Shown one piece after another: positions 21,058 to 30,395 of a stretch of DNA of 64,000 bases. Under the pieces are notes generated by a model. The model had not been told where the DNA came from. It did not search any database and worked only from the letters and a program-made list of their open reading frames with translations. Both the position numbers and the translations under genes were made by a program. Source of the DNA: Nitrospirota bacterium. GTDB lineage: Bacteria; Nitrospirota; Nitrospiria; Nitrospirales; NS-4. Position 1 is the stretch's first letter, and each line of letters opens with the position of its first letter. The stretch covers positions 194,701 to 258,700 of the forward strand of contig CAWBGA010000005.1 of the NCBI GenBank assembly GCA_963788195.1, written 5' to 3'.

Positions 21058-21450
21058 ACGCTCCTTCAACCAGCAACGATCCATCACAACCAGCAATCCG
21101 GCCTGATGAGCGCGCCTCGCCGCCGCTTCATCGATAACCCCCTCCTGCAGCCAGACGGCTTTCGCGCCGATCCGGATCGCTTCGTCAACCACGGCACCGG
21201 CTTCCTCAGAGCGCCTAAACACATTGACAAGATCGACCTTGTGAGGAATTGCGCCCAGCGACGGGTAGGCCGGCTCGCCGAGCACACTGGTCTCGTGGGG
21301 GTTGACCGGAATCACCCGATAGCCTTGTTGCTTCATGTAGCCCGCGACGCTGTACGAAGGCCGGCCGGGATTGGAGGAGAGCCCGACGACGGCGATCGTA
21401 CGGCATTCCTTCAAAATCCGCTGGATAATATCTGCGCTGGAAACATCCAT
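21040..21450 (-). CDS. CoA-binding protein (YccU-like)
   Basis: TIAVVGLS..P.RPS..VA.Y....GY.VIPVNP, VWLQEG, VMDRC. Confidence 0.92.
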   Translation of the reverse strand: MDVSSADIIQRILKECRTIAVVGLSSNPGRPSYSVAGYMKQQGYRVIPVNPHETSVLGEPAYPSLGAIPHKVDLVNVFRRSEEAGAVVDEAIRIGAKAVWLQEGVIDEAAARRAHQAGLLVVMDRCWLKERLRGGK

Positions 21451-21554
21451 ATTCTTCCTATCACATGAGAACTAGCGCTGTGGAGCGTGCCTAATGTTTG
21501 ACTATGTTCGACCATTGAGTAAGATAGCTCGTCTACTGCCAGGATAAACCCGGC

Positions 21555-22055
21555 ATGATCATAACAAAATCCCATCACACCGGCATCGTCCTGATCGCGG
21601 GCTTTAAACTGCTTAAGGGGATGCTGCTCCTGATCGTCGGCCTCGGCCTTTTTAAGCTGGTCCATGCTGAGGTCGCCACCCTGTTTTCCAGACTTTTGGA
21701 AGGGCTGCATCTGAATACCGACTCTCGCGTCCTTCACGCTCTGGTCCTCAGAGTGGACGCGTTGCAGCCAGACACAATCTTGGTCATGGGTTTCGTGACC
21801 ATTGCATACGCAGTGCTGCTACTGGTTGAGGGGGTCGGGTTATGGTTCGAAAAGGCGTGGGCAGGCTATCTCACAGTAATCTCGACCAGTCTGTTTCTTC
21901 CCTTCGAACTCTATGAGGTCATCAAGCGAGTGACGGCGTTGCGGGTCATCGTTCTGCTCTTGAATGTTGTCATCGTCGTGTATCTTATAAGACAACTCAA
22001 ACTTCATACCTTGCAGACACGCCACAAACGTCCTCTCACGGTCCCTCACTTGTAA
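21555..22055 (+). CDS. DUF2127 family membrane protein
   Basis: IA.FK..KG, YA.L..VEGVGLW..K.WA.YLTVI.T..FLPFE.YE. Confidence 0.85.
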   Translation: MIITKSHHTGIVLIAGFKLLKGMLLLIVGLGLFKLVHAEVATLFSRLLEGLHLNTDSRVLHALVLRVDALQPDTILVMGFVTIAYAVLLLVEGVGLWFEKAWAGYLTVISTSLFLPFELYEVIKRVTALRVIVLLLNVVIVVYLIRQLKLHTLQTRHKRPLTVPHL

Positions 22056-22070
22056 GCGATCTGACAAAAC

Positions 22071-22395
22071 CTCGCGACTTGCTTGCGCTTCGCGGAGCGA
22101 GCAGGTCAGTTCGAGGTCAGGACTCGTTCTCGGCAGCACAAAAAGGGGACAGGCACCATTCGGAAATGGAGCCAGTCCCCTTTCTCGCACCAGCGAAGGA
22201 GAGAGTGAGACGGGTGACGCCGAACGGGGCCATTCCACCCTCCCACCCTAGTGGTGCATTTCACCCGCCCGCCCCAAGCCTGTCGGGACAGGCTTTTGTC
22301 CCGTAGGACACGCCCTTCTCCCCTGGACGAAAGCTCGCGACTTGCTTGCGCCCCTTGACACCCGCCCGCCCTGGAGTCTGCCGGGACGGAGCTCC
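22071..22395. repeat. Composite intergenic repeat cluster
   Basis: Exact 18 bp direct repeat CTCGCGACTTGCTTGCGC (22071-88, 22334-51); GGGGACAG inverted pair (22142-83); two minus-strand hairpin/G-tail units (22262-95, 22359-95). Confidence 0.8.
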
Positions 22396-22562
22396 TTTGC
22401 CCATTGCATGTCAAACGGGTGGTGCGAGTTGCGCTGTCGCTTTCGAGCGACTTCGGCTTCGGGAGCGAGCCGGACAGAGCAACGAAGCGACAGGACCCGT
22501 TTGCAGAGCAATGGGTGCCCCGGCTGTTCGGCGGCAGGCCCCGTCTCAATGACTCTCCGAGC

Positions 22563-22916
22563 CTATTTCTGCTTGGCGACGATCTTGTCCTTGATCTTGT
22601 CGTACGTCGCCTGGGGAATGATCTTCTTTTTCGCAAGCTCGTTTTTCCCCTTGTAGGGCCGTCCGCTGACGATCTTATCGGACAGAGCTTCGCCGATTCC
22701 TTCTAGCGTCTGAAGTTCTGCTTTACTGGCCGAGTTGATATCGACCAGGCCCTGGGCCTCTTTGGACTTATCGGCTTCCTTGGCGGCTGCCGTCTTTGCA
22801 GGCGGCTTATCCTTTTTGTCGGCGGCAATGCCTGGAGCCCCTATCCCTACGACGAAGGCCGCTGTCAGAATTACGGGGAGGGTCCATCGCAAAACCGAAT
22901 TGATCCTTCTCTTCAT
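22563..22916 (-). CDS. ComEA-like helix-hairpin-helix protein
   Basis: Signal peptide, VDINSAS.AELQ.L.GIG...S.KI..GRPY; AAGGAGGA RBS. Confidence 0.85.
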   Translation of the reverse strand: MKRRINSVLRWTLPVILTAAFVVGIGAPGIAADKKDKPPAKTAAAKEADKSKEAQGLVDINSASKAELQTLEGIGEALSDKIVSGRPYKGKNELAKKKIIPQATYDKIKDKIVAKQK

Positions 22917-22947
22917 AATATCCTCCTTGTTGATGAAACCATGTTGG

Positions 22948-25900
22948 CTACCGCGTGATGGGAATATTGAGTGGGCTGAGATCACCCACCGCCTCGGTCA
23001 GATCGTATTGCGCTTCTTCCACCAAGGCACGAAGCTCCAAATCTCTTAAACGCACCTCCCGATTAGTCCGGTAAGCATCCACGAGTTCGAGTATGCCCCG
23101 GGCACCTTCTCTATAGGCTGACTGAGCAATACGCAGCAAGCGTTCGGATCGCTCCTTAACAGCTGTTTGAAAGCGCTCGCGTTCCGACCGCCGTTGTTGA
23201 TACACGGCCGCCGCGCGGGTGACCTCGGTGGGAATGCGAGTCTCCAGGGCCTGAACATCGAAACGGGCGGCGTCTGCAGAAAAGCGCGCTGCCCGAATCG
23301 TGCCTTGACCGCGGCGGAAAATCGGAAGGGGTACGGAGACTCCGCCCATCAAGTCTGTGCTGCGTGGTCCAGAGGTGTTGAGCATGCCGAGGCTGAAGGT
23401 TAAGTCAGGCACGACTTCTCGACGCGTCAGGGTGGCTGACACTTCGGCGCCCGAGGCGATAGCGCGTGCGATCTTCAAATCGGGCCGGCTGGTCTGCGCC
23501 AAGGCAATGAGTGCTTCAGTTTCGGTGTACGGCAGATCTATCCCGACGGGGGTCGCAGAAAAGGGTCCTTGAGGGGCAGTGGCGCCGATGGCTTTGCGGA
23601 GTTCCTCTCGTGCCCGCCTTTCATCAGTGAGCGCTTCACTCAGCGCGCTCCTTACTCGCTCCATCTCAAGCTCGGCTCTGGTGAGATCGTATTGCGCCGT
23701 CGCTCCGGAACTCACACGCTTCCGGAGAACTTCCACGACGTTCTCCAGAGCAGCCACATCTTGCTGCGTAAAGGAGACCCTCTGCTGGGCGGCCAGCAGA
23801 CGCCCGTACGCTCTCAGTACTGACAACCGAAGCGCGATATCCCGTAACGCAAAGAGCGCTTCCGCGGCGGCCTGATTAGCTTCGGCGATTTGTCGGCGAA
23901 GGCCTAACTGTCCTGCGATCGGTACGGTCTGGGAAAGCGCGTTGGAATAATAGTGGTTGCCATTTGTTGGTGTGCCGGAGTTGTTATGCCCTTGTGAGTG
24001 CGAGACTGTGGGATTCTCCAAGAGCCCCGCGGCTCGGACCTGCTGACGCGCGACCTCCACCTGCGCCCGAGCGGATTTGAGCTCGAGATTGCCTTCGTCA
24101 TAAGCCTTCAGTGCATCGTCCAAAGTTAAAGAAGGCGCGCTGATGTTGGTAAGAGCGGTTCCCTCTCCGGGTCGGCTCTGAGATGCAGCTTCTGTGGCCG
24201 TGAATACCAGGCTCGAGGACAATAAGAGAATGAGCAGAGCGACAGATGGAGGACGAGGGGTCATGCCGGGGCGCATGATTTTGGAGAACACTGGAAAGCT
24301 GAACAGAACGGGAATGAGAAATAGCGTTAGTGCGGTGGACGTCACGATCCCTCCGATGATGACGAGGGCAAAAGGCCGTTGAATTTCGGAGCCCATGCCA
24401 TGGGAGAGCGCTGCGGGAACAAGACCCAAGCCTGCCAAAAGCGCCGTCATGACGAGGGCTCTGAGGCGCAGGCTCACACCCTTGAGAATCAAGTCATTCG
24501 TCGTCATCGCCTCTCCCTCCTGCTGCAGTTGTCTAAACGTGGCGACAAGCAGAACACCGTTCAGCACAGTTTGCCCCATAAGAGCGATCAGCCCGACAGC
24601 GGCGGATACGGAGAAGACCGTCCCGGTGAGCCATAAGGTGATCACCCCTCCCACGAAGGCGCATGGGGCCACAAGAATGATCAAGAGCGCGTCACGGAAC
24701 GACCCGAAGGCCAGATACAGCAGTGCTATGACGGCGAGCACTGCCAGCGGGACAACGACGCTGAGGCGGGCCATGGCCCGTCGCTGATTCTCAAACTCAC
24801 CGCCCCATGTCGTGTAATAGCCCGCTGGCAGCTTCACTGCGTGTTGGACCTTGGTCATCGCTTCAGCGACGAAACTTCCCATGTCCCGATCGCCGATGTT
24901 AGATTTGACCGCCACGAATTTGCTGTTATTCTGCCGCCACAGTTGTGCCTGGCCTTCTGCTACGCGAATCCTGGCGATGGTGTCCAATCGGATCCGTCCG
25001 CCGTCCGGGGTGCCGACTGTGATTTCTCCGATCCGTGAGGCGCTGGCGCGGTTTGACTCGGCCAGGATCACGCGTACGCCGAACCGTTTCTCGCCCTCCC
25101 AGAATCTCGTCGCAATGCGTCCGCCTATGGCCGTTTCGATCACGCGCTCGACGTCCTCCACCGTCAGGCCATGGCGGGCAATGAGGGGACGGTCCAATTC
25201 AATGACGAGTTGAGGAATTTTTCCCGTTCGGTACACCGCCGGGTCTTCCACGGCAGCCACCCTTTTCAACACCGAGAGGATCTCGAATGCTTTGGCTTGA
25301 AGGACAGAAGGGTCTTCGCCAAATACCTTGATGACCACTTGCCCACGGATGCCACTGATGGCCTCCTGAACGTTGTCAGCAATGGGCTGGGAGAAATTAA
25401 ACATGACGCCCGGTATCCGGCTGACCTTTTGGCGCATGGCTTCCACGAGTTGCGCTTTCGAACGGTGGGTCGTCCACTCCGCTTCCGGATGCAAATGGAT
25501 GAACGTCTCGCTCTGGTTCGGCCCAATAGTGTCGGTGCCGTCTTCCGGGCGTCCCTGTTCCGAGAGGACTCCTGCGACCTCCGGAAACTCTTCCAGCATC
25601 TCACGGACGTCGCTCAAGATCCGCTGCCCGTCAGGCAGGGAGATGGAGTTCGGCATCTCCACATACACATGGAGGTCGCCTTCATTGAGCTCGGGCAGAA
25701 ACTCGGTTCCAAGGCGAGTCATAAGGACGCCGGCCAACACCAGGAGCCCAATCATGCAAGCAATCACGACGTACCGATACGCGAGCGCGCGCACAATCAG
25801 CGGCTCCACGCGACGTCGCATGGTCGCCAGCAACCAGGGTTCTGTTTCGGCTTCAGACGGAGCTGTGCGGATCAACAGCGCGGCTACTGCCAGGACAGTG

Positions 25901-27345
25901 GTAAATGAAAAGATAATGGCTCCTGTAAGACAAAATGCATAGGTATATGCCATTGGACGGAAGATGCGCCCCTCGACGCGCTGAAAGGAATAGATCGGGA
26001 TGAGGGCCGCCATAATGATCATGATCGAAATAAGCGTGGGACGAGCCACCTCCTTGGCTGCCTGGGCAATGACAATCGGGACTCGGTGAGGATCAGGGCG
26101 ACGCTCGCTCAGACGGCGATAAATATTTTCAACCAGGATGACGGCGCCATCTACGATGATCCCGAAATCAATGGCGCCCATGGAGATGAGATTTGCGGGG
26201 ACCCTGATGATGTAGAGCCCCAGAAAACCCATCAGCAACGAGGCGGGGATGACGATGGCCACGGCCAGGGCGCCTCGCCATGTTCGTAGAAAGAGCCAGA
26301 CCACAGCGGTGACAAGCAAGGCGCCTTCAACAAGATTGGTGCGGACCGTGTGCAAAGTCTGATGAACAAAACTGGTGCGATCAATAAACGCGGCGATCTT
26401 GGTGCCTTCCGGAAGAATGCCGTTGTTCAACCGATCGACCTTTTCCCGCACCTGGGCTAAGACAATGGAGGGATTTTCCCCCCGCCGCATCAGTACAAAG
26501 CCTTCCACAGCCTCGCTGTTCTGCCCGCGGCCGACCGCCCCTTGACGGGGTGTGTGGGCTTCCACGAGTGTGGCGACGTCACGGACGCGCACCGGCGTCC
26601 CTTTTTCTGCGGTCAGGACGACCTCTTTGATGTCATCAGACGAGCGTAAAAGACCAAGTCCGCGGACGATGTATTGCTCCTGGCCGTGGGAGATGTAGCC
26701 GGCCCCAATATTGGCATTAGAGCGAGCGAGCGCCTCGTAAACAGTGGGCAAAGTGATCCCATGAGCCTTTAAGCGATCTGGGTTGACCAGGATATGCATC
26801 TCCTTCCGAAACCCGCCGAGGGCCACCACATCGGCGACCCCCGTGATTTGCTTCAGATAGGGCACCACCGTCCAGTCCAACAGCGTGCGCAGGTCAGTAG
26901 GCGATTTCCCGCCGCCTTCAAGCGTGAATTGATACACCTCACCGAGTGGTGTGATCTGCGGACCCAGCACCGGCACAATGTTTTCCGGCAACTCGACTTG
27001 GCGGAGTCGTTCTGTCACCACCTGGCGGGCGAAGTACATATCCACATCGTCATCAAACGTCACAATAATGTAGGACAGGCCAAAGACCGAGACCGAACGC
27101 TGATCAATGGCTTTTGGTAAAGCACTCAGAGCCCGCTCGATGGGAATCGTCACTTGGCGTTCGACTTCCTCGGCGGCTTGCCCGGGAAACAGGGTAATCA
27201 CATTCACTTGGAGGTTGGTCACATCCGGATAGGCCTCGATCGGCAGATTGATATAGGCATAGAGACCACATGCCAGCACGGGGACAGTAAATAGCAGGGT
27301 CGCGAGCCGGCGGTGGACCGCCAGGTCGATCACTTGGTGAAGCAT
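22948..27345 (-). CDS. CusA/CzcA heavy-metal RND permease in frame with a TolC-family outer membrane factor
   Basis: LPIEAYPD, GAIDFGIIVDGAVILVEN, RPFALVIIGG; the last ~430 aa show OEP/TolC repeats. Confidence 0.9.
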   Translation of the reverse strand: MLHQVIDLAVHRRLATLLFTVPVLACGLYAYINLPIEAYPDVTNLQVNVITLFPGQAAEEVERQVTIPIERALSALPKAIDQRSVSVFGLSYIIVTFDDDVDMYFARQVVTERLRQVELPENIVPVLGPQITPLGEVYQFTLEGGGKSPTDLRTLLDWTVVPYLKQITGVADVVALGGFRKEMHILVNPDRLKAHGITLPTVYEALARSNANIGAGYISHGQEQYIVRGLGLLRSSDDIKEVVLTAEKGTPVRVRDVATLVEAHTPRQGAVGRGQNSEAVEGFVLMRRGENPSIVLAQVREKVDRLNNGILPEGTKIAAFIDRTSFVHQTLHTVRTNLVEGALLVTAVVWLFLRTWRGALAVAIVIPASLLMGFLGLYIIRVPANLISMGAIDFGIIVDGAVILVENIYRRLSERRPDPHRVPIVIAQAAKEVARPTLISIMIIMAALIPIYSFQRVEGRIFRPMAYTYAFCLTGAIIFSFTTVLAVAALLIRTAPSEAETEPWLLATMRRRVEPLIVRALAYRYVVIACMIGLLVLAGVLMTRLGTEFLPELNEGDLHVYVEMPNSISLPDGQRILSDVREMLEEFPEVAGVLSEQGRPEDGTDTIGPNQSETFIHLHPEAEWTTHRSKAQLVEAMRQKVSRIPGVMFNFSQPIADNVQEAISGIRGQVVIKVFGEDPSVLQAKAFEILSVLKRVAAVEDPAVYRTGKIPQLVIELDRPLIARHGLTVEDVERVIETAIGGRIATRFWEGEKRFGVRVILAESNRASASRIGEITVGTPDGGRIRLDTIARIRVAEGQAQLWRQNNSKFVAVKSNIGDRDMGSFVAEAMTKVQHAVKLPAGYYTTWGGEFENQRRAMARLSVVVPLAVLAVIALLYLAFGSFRDALLIILVAPCAFVGGVITLWLTGTVFSVSAAVGLIALMGQTVLNGVLLVATFRQLQQEGEAMTTNDLILKGVSLRLRALVMTALLAGLGLVPAALSHGMGSEIQRPFALVIIGGIVTSTALTLFLIPVLFSFPVFSKIMRPGMTPRPPSVALLILLLSSSLVFTATEAASQSRPGEGTALTNISAPSLTLDDALKAYDEGNLELKSARAQVEVARQQVRAAGLLENPTVSHSQGHNNSGTPTNGNHYYSNALSQTVPIAGQLGLRRQIAEANQAAAEALFALRDIALRLSVLRAYGRLLAAQQRVSFTQQDVAALENVVEVLRKRVSSGATAQYDLTRAELEMERVRSALSEALTDERRAREELRKAIGATAPQGPFSATPVGIDLPYTETEALIALAQTSRPDLKIARAIASGAEVSATLTRREVVPDLTFSLGMLNTSGPRSTDLMGGVSVPLPIFRRGQGTIRAARFSADAARFDVQALETRIPTEVTRAAAVYQQRRSERERFQTAVKERSERLLRIAQSAYREGARGILELVDAYRTNREVRLRDLELRALVEEAQYDLTEAVGDLSPLNIPITR

Positions 27346-27357
27346 ATGTGGGGAGTC

Positions 27358-28514
27358 TCAGAGCAGCTTGTGAAAAGCTGTATCGAGGAGGATGGCTCCT
27401 TCAACGACAATGCGTTCGCCGCCGTTCAAGCCCTTCATCACAGAAACAAAGGAGCCTGTTTCCGGCCCGAGAATAACTTCGCGGGGGGTATACGTCCGCT
27501 TTTTGTCTTCATCCTCCTCGTAGACGTAGAAGGCATCGCCCTTTGTCACGACCGCGGACGTGGGAATGAGAAGGTCGGTGCCCGGTCGGTGCAAGGTCAC
27601 ATGCACGAACATCTCCGGCTTCAATGAGTGGCGCTCGTTAGGGACGGCGCAGCGGAGTTTGGCGGTTCGGGTGGTCTGGTCCAAAAGGTCACTCACGTAT
27701 GTGACAGTTCCTTGGAAATGCACTCCCGGATACGCCTGTGCTTCTACATCGACGGCCAGCCCCTTTTGCACGGCTAGCCATTTCGCGCTCCGGCAGGTCC
27801 GCGAGGACCCAAACCTGTGAGAGATCTGCGATTGTAAACAATGAGCCGCTCCCGGGCTGGATCTCCGCGCCCATGGCCACCGCGGGGGCGCGTGATACAA
27901 TCACGCCGTTGATGGGTGCCTTCAACTCAAACTCTGCGGAGTGTTTCGCTTCCTGACCACCGAGACTGGCCAGATCAGCCGCTGCTCGGGCATACTCCGC
28001 GCGCGCCTGCGTTACCGCGTCCTCGGCTTCAATCACCTCGCGCTGAGACGCCGCGCCGTCCGAGAACAAGCGCTGGGCTCGTGCCAGATTTTTTTCTGCC
28101 ACGCTGCAAGGCCGAACGGGCCTTTTCTTCAGCGGATTCCGTCAACGTAAAGACAGCACTGCGGAGCCTCAGCAATGACTGTCCTTTGCGGACAGTGTCT
28201 CCAGGTTTTGCCGTGACCCGGGTGACACGACCTTCGACCGGCGATCCAACCTGTGCGGTGTGTTCTTCGTCAAAGGTGACACGACCGTTCAACGCAATGC
28301 TGGCTCCGGCGGTGGTGCGCTGCACCACTGCGACCTTCAGGTATTTTAAATTCTCTTCGGTGGCGGTGAAGTGAGGGGATGAGTGTGCAGCGGCCGGTGC
28401 CACCTCAGGATCATGAGGCTTGTTGCAGCCGGTGATCGGCATGAGAAGCAGAATGGAGACAGCGGAAAACAAGAACAGGGATAACCGCTTGAGGGGCCAT
28501 GCCTTGGAGAGCAT
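27358..28514 (-). CDS. RND efflux periplasmic adaptor, CzcB/CusB-like (2 frameshifts)
   Basis: Lipoprotein-like N-terminus, G.V......PGD.V.KGQ.L, APINGVI, LFTIADLS.VWV, LKPEMF. Confidence 0.88.
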
Positions 28515-28520
28515 AGACGG

Positions 28521-29033
28521 TCAGTGATGCAGATGTTTTAGTGTAGCCGCCATCAACACGATGAAGATCCCGAACCACAGTGCCGGCCGCAGGAAAGGGA
28601 CGCCCTCCGGGTCGGGTTCGTCTTCTCCAGCCTGAGTCTTCTCTGCCGGGTCAGGCGGGAAGAGAATATTATAAAGAAAAAGCGTCATGATGCACATGAC
28701 CAAAAATAGCTTGATGCCGAGAGCGATAATGTAAGGGTTGGTGAACCCTTCGCCGTTATTCATCTTCATCAAGCGATTGACGTACACGACGTTGATGCCG
28801 CCGGTGACCAGGAGAATCAGCATCAGGCCGCCCACGATTTTTTGATACCTCTGATAAATCGCGTTGGCCAGCGGCTTAAAATACTCCGACGGGACAGACT
28901 TGCGCAGCGCGGGGACGACCGCCATCATCAGGAAGCCCAGACTCCCGATCCACAGAATCGCGGACATCAGGTGCAACCAGTGGTTCACGATCGGGATCCA
29001 CTGATTGACGAATGCGGCGATGAGGCGGTCCAT
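28521..29033 (-). CDS. CopD-like 4TM membrane protein
   Basis: WLHL..A.LWIG, LLVTG, Y...L.IKL.LV motifs. Confidence 0.7.
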   Translation of the reverse strand: MDRLIAAFVNQWIPIVNHWLHLMSAILWIGSLGFLMMAVVPALRKSVPSEYFKPLANAIYQRYQKIVGGLMLILLVTGGINVVYVNRLMKMNNGEGFTNPYIIALGIKLFLVMCIMTLFLYNILFPPDPAEKTQAGEDEPDPEGVPFLRPALWFGIFIVLMAATLKHLHH

Positions 29034-30395
29034 CAGATTGAGAAGACCGGTTTGTCGTTGCCGAAGCGGGCCTTGCGGAGCTCTTCCATGAATTCGGGAG
29101 TAATGGTGGCCAGGCCGCGTTCACGGGCCTTCGCCTCCACGCCTTTTTTGACCATCGCCTGCATGAAATAGGGGATCCGTTTTAACCGGCCTGTGGCTTC
29201 CTCGGTCCACTGGACGCAAAACGTTTCGGGCTTCATGTCGACGCCGAGCTCACTGACTTGTACTTTTTCGCCGCCCTTCGGCGTATACAGGCACCATTCG
29301 TCGGCATCCAGCCAATCTCCGTGATCGGCGTATGGGCGTGCCCTGCAGCCCCCGCAAATGTCGGAATACTCGCACTCTCCGCACTTGCCCTTGAGCTTGG
29401 GCTCGCGAAATGAGTCGAAGACTTCGGAGCGTTCCCACAGATCAACAAAACTGATCTCCCGCACGTTGCCGGCGCTCAGCGGCATATACGGACACGGGGT
29501 TAGATTGCCTTCCGGGGTGATGCGTGCGTAGTTCGTCCCTGCGAGGCATCCACCGCCCATGTAGCCGGTAGCTTTCGTGATCGGCGAATTGGGATCCCGC
29601 TCGTACGCGATCCGTTTGAAATGCGGCGCACAACGGGCACGAACAAGCATGTCGGGATACGCTTTCTGTATATCCACAAGATGCGTCAGCACTGTCTTCA
29701 TACTGCTCCGGCGTAATGTCGGTCATCTCCTCGCCGCGACCGGTGCACACCAGGAAGAACAGATTCAGGACGCGCGCGCCCAGAGCATGGGTGAAGGCGA
29801 CCATCTCGGGAACTTCCCGATAATTCATCGGCGACACGCTGAAATGGATCTGAAACTGCAGGCCATTGCGCTTGCAGGCCTCGATCCCCTCCATCGTGCG
29901 CTCCCACGCGCCCGGCAGGCCGCGAAAGGCGTTATGCTTGTCGGGCTCGATCGAATCGACGCTGATGCCCATGCCCATGACGCCGATCTCGGCCAGTTCC
30001 TTGGCGAGTCGATCGTCGATCAGCATGCCATTGGTGCCGAATACCACCATGAAGCCGAGGCTGACCGCTTTGCGTGCGATGAGACGAATATCGGGGCGTG
30101 TCAGCGGCTCCCCTCCGGTGACAACCACGATCGAGTGTTTGTTCACCACCGCCATCTGTTCGAGCAGCGTATACACCTCCTCCGTGGAGAGCTCATCGGC
30201 GCCGCCGCCGGCGCGGGTCGTGGCGTCGAGATAACAGTGGGAGCAGCGCAGATTGCAGCGTTTCGTCAGATTCAGCGCAATGAGGTAGGGCTTCCAGTCA
30301 TTCTGTGGGGTCGGCGGCCGCGCCGTCGCCAGAAGGCCCGGATGATTCACGTATCGGAGGGGAATGGGATTAATGAGCTGGAGCGTGTCGTTCAC
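29033..30395 (-). CDS. Radical SAM/SPASM protein (AhbD/NirJ-like) with C-terminal PCP_red-like domain (frameshift near 29695)
   Basis: CNLRCSHC, GGEPL.R.D, GCLAG...PCPY, KCG.CEY...CGGCRAR...C; tail WTEEA..RL.RIP.F. Confidence 0.88.
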
